A DNA stretch of 44,164 nt. Origin: Promethearchaeota archaeon. GTDB lineage: Archaea; Asgardarchaeota; Lokiarchaeia; Sigyniarchaeales; SOKP01. The position numbers were made by a program, and so were the translations under genes. The DNA lies in assembly GCA_016839745.1 (NCBI GenBank), contig JAEOTS010000059.1:1-44164 (forward strand), read 5' to 3'. Positions within the stretch are counted from its first letter, which is position 1. Every line of letters starts with the position of its first letter. The notes beneath the pieces were generated by a model that saw only the letters and a list, made by a program, of their open reading frames with translations, was not told the origin of the DNA and made no database searches. Of this stretch, positions 38,954-44,164 are shown one piece after another.

Positions 38954-40207
38954 CTACATATCTTTATTATTATAATAATCTGACTCCAAATTGGGAAAGA
39001 TTTTTTTCTTTCTCCCTTCACTTTTGAAATTTATTAGGTTGAGATCCTTTAACTTATCGACGTGATATTGAATAGTTTTATGATCTACCTTAAAGTGTTT
39101 TGTTATTATGCTATTCCATAGACCTGGTTCTTTTTCTATCATTTCTAAAATCTCTAATGTCAATTTACTCTTACTTAACTGAAGATCAAGATTTGAGATA
39201 GGATTTTTTTGGTAATATGGAAAGTACGCAATAAAATTTCCTATTCTCTTTTTCCCCACAACTTTGTACGTTTCTAAAATATCGAGGTGCCATACGAGAT
39301 TACCTGCGGCTATTTCAGTTTTTCTTAATAACTCGTTGAAATGAATTCCAGGTTCTTTAAGAATTAAATCAATAATTTTATTCCTATTCTCGTTTTCTAA
39401 AACATCTTCTAAGCTTAAACGATGTGCACCTTTTTCAATTGGTATTGTTCTAGTTTTAAGATACTGGAAATAATCTTTTTTTGAAATTAAAATAGCAAGT
39501 GAGGCAATTCCTACCGCACCTACAATTAAAACAATTACAAAAATCCAATCGTCAAAGGCATTACTGACTTCATAAAAAGTAATAAAATATTCAGTATCTG
39601 CTTGTAGGTTAGAGACGGATCCCGTTAAAGAAACTTCTGAACTTGATTCATTTAACTCCTCGATTGTATCAATAAGCACCCATGAGTCTTGCGAAGATTC
39701 ATACAACGCTAAAGAATAATCTAAATTAGGGATTAATCCGTATTGAGTCCTTTTACTGCTACTTATAGTCAATTCATCTATAGATGTATTAGTTTTAATT
39801 CGAAGAATACAATTATACCCATATCGAAATTGAGTCTCGCCTCTTCTTGGTCCCTGAGGTGGTTGAGGCATTCCAAAATTCTGCATTAAAACTTTAGAAC
39901 TTACATTGAGTGATATAGGGTTACTATTGTTAATCTGAAAAAAGATCTGACGATTTTCGATATTATTATCATACTCAATGTTAAGATCGATAAAATTATC
40001 AGTTGAGATATCGAAAATAATGTTGTTAAAAAAACTATATTTAACAGATTCGTTAGGATAAATCCTATCCTGAGTAGAGAATCCTGGAATATTTTCAGTT
40101 CTATGTGATAAAACGTGAGAAATTAGAATATTGAAATTAATGAAAACTAACAATAACACAAAGATACTGAATAATTTCGATCTGCTCTTTATTTTCAATT
40201 TAATCAT
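38954..40207 (-). CDS. Single-pass membrane-anchored transcriptional regulator with tandem winged-HTH domains
   Basis: N-terminal signal/TM, ~185-aa beta-rich ectodomain, TM (WIFVIV...AILISKK), then two wHTH: NRNKIIDLI..EPGIHFNEL......G.L.WHL..LE and EILEMI..EPG...........TIQYHV.KL....LI (COG3398-like). Confidence 0.85.
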   Translation of the reverse strand: MIKLKIKSRSKLFSIFVLLLVFINFNILISHVLSHRTENIPGFSTQDRIYPNESVKYSFFNNIIFDISTDNFIDLNIEYDNNIENRQIFFQINNSNPISLNVSSKVLMQNFGMPQPPQGPRRGETQFRYGYNCILRIKTNTSIDELTISSSKRTQYGLIPNLDYSLALYESSQDSWVLIDTIEELNESSSEVSLTGSVSNLQADTEYFITFYEVSNAFDDWIFVIVLIVGAVGIASLAILISKKDYFQYLKTRTIPIEKGAHRLSLEDVLENENRNKIIDLILKEPGIHFNELLRKTEIAAGNLVWHLDILETYKVVGKKRIGNFIAYFPYYQKNPISNLDLQLSKSKLTLEILEMIEKEPGLWNSIITKHFKVDHKTIQYHVDKLKDLNLINFKSEGRKKKIFPNLESDYYNNKDM

Positions 40208-40289
40208 ATATAATAATCCAATTTTTGATCGTAAGAATATTTTTTTAAAATAAAAAAAAAATTTTGTTATATATTTATTAATTTACAAC

Positions 40290-40988
40290 CTATTTTCTCT
40301 TTTTTATGTAGAACACTGAAGCGATTATTATTAGGGCAGCAACTCCGCCACCAATGGTGAATCCTAAGATTAGCATAGTGTAATCTGGTAAGAGTATTGT
40401 CCATGTTGAAAAATGTGATACTTCAGCAGTTAGATAACCATCATCCACAGTCGTAGGTACGCCAACCCATTCTTCGGTTGTTTCGTCGTAATAAGCAAAT
40501 TGACCCATTTGATTTTCGTTAGTTGCTCTTATTCTCATTCTTGCGCGTGTAAAAGTTCCATTACAATCTATAGAAATAACAAATCCTTCTTGGTATTGGT
40601 ATCGGTTGCGATTTCTGTTTTGATATGTGTTTCCCATCATTAGCCCTAATTGCACCTGTTCTTCAGTACAAGTCATAGTCATTTGAAGATCGCCATTTCC
40701 TTCAATTTCTAGAGCAAAGTCTTTAACACCGATTCTTAAAGCCTCACATTCAAGGTCTAAATCTAGATTAACGTTAGCCATTACCCTTAATTGAGTTCTC
40801 TGCCTAAATCGAAACATAGTCGCAATATTAGCTTGTACCTGTGCTTGATGTGAATCTGTAGGGACCTCAACGACCTGATCGGGATCAGCAATCGCTACAA
40901 CATTAAACGATGTGATCGTCGAAAATAGGATCATTAGGAAAAAAGTGCCTAAGAGAATTTTACTTAATTTTTTCATGTTTTTTTTCAC
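40290..40988 (-). CDS. Surface protein with signal peptide, GPS/GAIN-like HFS motif and C-terminal membrane anchor
   Basis: Basic-hydrophobic N-terminus; YYDE...EW..V.T.....LTAEVSHFSTWTIL directly before a TM helix and KKRK tail. Confidence 0.75.
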   Translation of the reverse strand: MKKNMKKLSKILLGTFFLMILFSTITSFNVVAIADPDQVVEVPTDSHQAQVQANIATMFRFRQRTQLRVMANVNLDLDLECEALRIGVKDFALEIEGNGDLQMTMTCTEEQVQLGLMMGNTYQNRNRNRYQYQEGFVISIDCNGTFTRARMRIRATNENQMGQFAYYDETTEEWVGVPTTVDDGYLTAEVSHFSTWTILLPDYTMLILGFTIGGGVAALIIIASVFYIKKRK

Positions 40989-41289
40989 TAAATTGTTTTA
41001 ATTAATACAAAAAAAGGGCATATAAAAAGGATTGAGGAATAACATTACCCGATTGAAAAAGAAAAATTTTATACAATGTTTTCTAAAAAACTATCGCCCA
41101 ATTGCATTTTTAGATGGAGCAATAAAAACTTAAATTATGAAACTTCTTAATCCTTAAGTTTTAATACAATCATTTTGAAGATATAATTATAACTTTAAAA
41201 TATTATAAAAATATTAAAAAGAAATTCAGATTAAATTTATTTTAATATGAATAAAAACAAATTTTAATTTTAGAAATGGAGAAAAGCTT

Positions 41290-43545
41290 ATGAGCTTAAA
41301 AGAATTTACGAAGGAAATTTTCACGAGATATGGTTTCACGGAAGATCAAATCAATGCTTACATCGTTTATCTTAGAGTCCCAAGAGCTACATCATCTGAA
41401 GTCTACCTCTCCTTAGCAGAAGAACATCCCGAGTTGACATATGAATCCGTTCTTGAAATTACTGATTGGTTAGTGGAAAAAGGCTTTCTCAAAAAAGTAA
41501 CTGGGATTGTAGATAGATTTATTCCTTTAGAACCATTCTTTGAATTGTATATTGGAGAATCCAAAATCTTTAGAGACGAGATTGGTAAAATCAAGGACTC
41601 GATCTTAGCGGATCAATCAAATCGATTTGAAAAATTGGAAGCTATTCAAGATAAAAGTGTTAATGAAGTAGTAACTGCTGTTGATGATCAACTTAAAACT
41701 TTTTTTGATGATTCGGATACTAAAAACAATAATAAAAGAGACAGAATTAATAGCTCTAGAAACCGATTCACAGACACCTCAAAAACTTTGGAAGAAAATT
41801 TACATTCTATTATGGAAACGCTAAACTCTAATCTCAAGAATATTAGCGATACTAGAGTAAAAGAAAATGAATCAATGGTGAATAAAACTAAAGACGGTAT
41901 TACAGGCTTAATATCAAATTTATTAGTCGATTTTACAAAAAGAGTAGAAGAATTAGAAAGGGAATTGAAAAGCGATTTGGACGATCACGTCGACAGACAT
42001 CAAACTATCGCTAATGATCTTAAGCCAAGAATGGAACAAATTCTCGAAAAATATCTCGAACGCATGGACAAAATAGTTATCGATTTGAAAGAGAGGATTT
42101 CAAATCTATTAAAAGAACACTTAAGTCATCTTAAAAACACAACTGACACGCTCCAAACTAATTTGAAAGCTACTGTTGACGAAAGACACAGAGTCTTAAC
42201 GGATCAAACTAACGATTTTAAAAGCATGACTTTAACGCTAATTGATAATCTGTTAGAACACGCAAATAGATTTACGGACTTTACTGAAGAAATGGCGAAA
42301 AAAGGCTTTTTCTGGATGGGAAAGAAGAAAAAATTCAAAGCAAGGCACGAAACAACTATTCAAAATATCTTAATATATACTGAACCAATGAAGGATGATT
42401 TTACAACCACTAGTGAAGATTATATTAAAAACACAAGGGAAACAACAGATGGTTTAAAGACAGATGTTACCGAGATAATGACAACTGAGAACGATAATGT
42501 TGTTACAGAAACTACAGACCTTGATCATAAAGCTCAAGAAACAATCAACGTTCAATTAGAAACGCTGGCAACAGATATGGCGGGTGAAATTGACACTACC
42601 TTGCAAAATGGCGTAAAAGATTGTTCTGACACCACGGTTAAATTGAAAGATTCTTTAGAAAACTCGCTTAAAACACATCACAGACAATACGATGAAGCTA
42701 TTACTAGACATAAAGAGGAATCATTAAGGCATTATAACGAGTACGACACTGATGTCAAGAGAATTAAAGACGACTGGATTAGGGACCTCGATGATAAATT
42801 TATAGGTGGAAAAAGGGACACTTCAGATAAAATTACCGCTGAGATTAACTTATGGGGTGATGAGTCAGCAGATTTGGATAGAAATTTAAGTGAAATGTTA
42901 ATAGATCATAAATCCAAATATGAGGAAAATGCGAAAATCTTAGAAAATAGTCTCTCTACTACCACTCGAGATACTACACAGAATATTAAAGATGCAATAG
43001 CAGATTTCACTCTTCAATTTATGAATTCTATTGACGACGGTACCGAGCTTGCTGAAAAAAATGAAAATAAACTTGGCGATATACACAAAGCTTCAAGTTC
43101 TATTCCAGAAATAAAAGATATTACTACTTGGCAAGTAGTAGGACGAGACGCGTTAATAGCTGCTATAAAGGACGCTATTTATAGGGTTAAATCATCGATC
43201 ATTATTGTAATGCCCTATGTAATACCTGAGATTTTACAAATTATAAGCGAATACGCTTATCAGAAGAAAGCTGTGCGCTTTATGCTTACCTCACGCTTCG
43301 AGATGGGGCAGTATGGTGATATAATACGCAAAATGATGGGGTTAGGCAACATCCAGTTCAGACAACTTAGTGGCGCAGGAGAATTCTTCGCACTCACTCG
43401 AGACGCAGAGGAAGTCATAATTGGTCCCGCAACTGACAAAGAAGGCGAGATGATAAGCGTCATTTCCAATCAAAGCGCGTTCAGTATTTTATATAGTCAG
43501 TTTATAGGGCCTATTTTTCAGGCTAATTCGAGACCTATTAAGTAA
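41290..43545 (+). CDS. TrmB-like protein: N-terminal wHTH, ~520-aa helical insert, C-terminal PLD-like/TrmB effector-type domain
   Basis: YGFTEDQINAYIVYL....ATSSEV...LVEKGFL......RFIPLEP; long amphipathic helical region; W.VVGRDAL...IKDAI.R.KSSIIIVMP...RDAEEVIIGP. Confidence 0.78.
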   Translation: MSLKEFTKEIFTRYGFTEDQINAYIVYLRVPRATSSEVYLSLAEEHPELTYESVLEITDWLVEKGFLKKVTGIVDRFIPLEPFFELYIGESKIFRDEIGKIKDSILADQSNRFEKLEAIQDKSVNEVVTAVDDQLKTFFDDSDTKNNNKRDRINSSRNRFTDTSKTLEENLHSIMETLNSNLKNISDTRVKENESMVNKTKDGITGLISNLLVDFTKRVEELERELKSDLDDHVDRHQTIANDLKPRMEQILEKYLERMDKIVIDLKERISNLLKEHLSHLKNTTDTLQTNLKATVDERHRVLTDQTNDFKSMTLTLIDNLLEHANRFTDFTEEMAKKGFFWMGKKKKFKARHETTIQNILIYTEPMKDDFTTTSEDYIKNTRETTDGLKTDVTEIMTTENDNVVTETTDLDHKAQETINVQLETLATDMAGEIDTTLQNGVKDCSDTTVKLKDSLENSLKTHHRQYDEAITRHKEESLRHYNEYDTDVKRIKDDWIRDLDDKFIGGKRDTSDKITAEINLWGDESADLDRNLSEMLIDHKSKYEENAKILENSLSTTTRDTTQNIKDAIADFTLQFMNSIDDGTELAEKNENKLGDIHKASSSIPEIKDITTWQVVGRDALIAAIKDAIYRVKSSIIIVMPYVIPEILQIISEYAYQKKAVRFMLTSRFEMGQYGDIIRKMMGLGNIQFRQLSGAGEFFALTRDAEEVIIGPATDKEGEMISVISNQSAFSILYSQFIGPIFQANSRPIK

Positions 43546-43746
43546 GAGGAGCTTAACCAAAATCCAAAACCCGCAGATTAAATACAGGATTCATTTTTTA
43601 TCTTTCTTTTTTTTACATTTTGAACGGATCCCTTCAAAGAAAAAACTTTTTTCGAAAGCTCAAGGTGATTAATCATATTTAGTATTAATTATCTTATATC
43701 TTTTTTTTTTTCGTAATTAAAAAGAAATTATTATCTTATTAAATAA

Positions 43747-44163
43747 TTATTTAATCTCTTCCTCAATTTTCGTTGGTTTTACCTTTCTTACAAATGATCG
43801 TCCTATAATGGCAATAACGACTCCCCCAAATCCTAATCCTGTACCATAATTGAATCGATTAAAAAGCTCTTCTATGTAAAATACTATAGTTGGATCTGTT
43901 ATAACTCCTGTAAGACGTATTATCAGTGAAAGTATCCATATAATTAGAGCTATAGTTCCAAAAGCTAATCCAATCGTAATTATAAATTTCCCTAGCCTTA
44001 TTGCACCCATCGCTATTAATATTACTCCAGCAATTACAGCAGCGCCTCCTAAATCCGCAATCCATCTAAAAATTACATTAACAATTACATTGAAAATTGG
44101 TTCGTATTCTGGCCATTGATTCGCAACTATCAAATAAAGAGTCTCAAATATTTGAATACCTCC
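43747..44163 (-). CDS. Hypothetical membrane protein (5'-truncated by window edge)
   Basis: Multi-TM, Gly-rich; frame stays open upstream of the TTG at 44133 (GGIQIFETLY) to the window end. Confidence 0.7.
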   Translation of the reverse strand, partial: GGIQIFETLYLIVANQWPEYEPIFNVIVNVIFRWIADLGGAAVIAGVILIAMGAIRLGKFIITIGLAFGTIALIIWILSLIIRLTGVITDPTIVFYIEELFNRFNYGTGLGFGGVVIAIIGRSFVRKVKPTKIEEEIK

Positions 44164-44164
44164 A

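Noticed and set aside
43100-43545. Active phospholipase D/nuclease (defence effector) in the TrmB-like protein
   Set aside because: No HxK catalytic motif; matches the non-catalytic TrmB-type domain.
1691-44065. Numerous short antisense or alternate-frame ORFs in the track (e.g. 1864-2136, 5151-5519, 10150-10428, 21046-21336, 22590-22937, 27440-27730, 36814-37074, 38003-38341, 43859-44065)
   Set aside because: They overlap well-supported genes and have shadow-ORF composition with no motifs.
1-44164. Selenoprotein readthrough/SECIS, tRNA, rRNA, CRISPR array, transposase or integrase
   Set aside because: No gene appears interrupted by TGA, and I saw no cloverleaf, spaced repeats or mobile-element motifs by eye. 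A covariance-model scan would be needed to exclude small RNAs.

Overview
AT-rich, gene-dense archaeal window, most consistent with an Asgard archaeon of the Lokiarchaeia type. The evidence is a two-domain gelsolin, a longin-like protein, a longin/uDENN-like–Rab-like GTPase fusion, a WD40 protein, TFB and an archaeal/eukaryotic-type ProRS. About 38 protein genes are supported. I saw no rRNA, tRNA, CRISPR array or mobile element. Most genes are ordinary catabolic or housekeeping genes: a GlpA-like three-gene operon, LarA, an amino-acid/peptide catabolism cluster, GH57, AbfD and a nitroreductase. The most unusual region is 37.5-43.5 kb, which encodes three different membrane-associated winged-helix proteins. 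(i) A two-gene unit pairs a small surface protein carrying a juxtamembrane GPS/GAIN-like HF|S autoproteolysis motif with a single-pass membrane transcription factor whose ectodomain is its paralog but lacks the motif. (ii) A TrmB-like protein has a ~520-aa helical insert with an aromatic/polybasic motif almost exactly at its midpoint. (iii) A CDF-type transporter core is flanked by two winged-helix-like domains. Other notable items are a PlsY–CTP-dependent lipid kinase fusion beside a membrane lipase, a Zn-ribbon shared by the gelsolin and a small neighbouring protein, and a geranylgeranyl-reductase-like gene with no canonical start codon. All calls are by eye from motifs; no searches were run.
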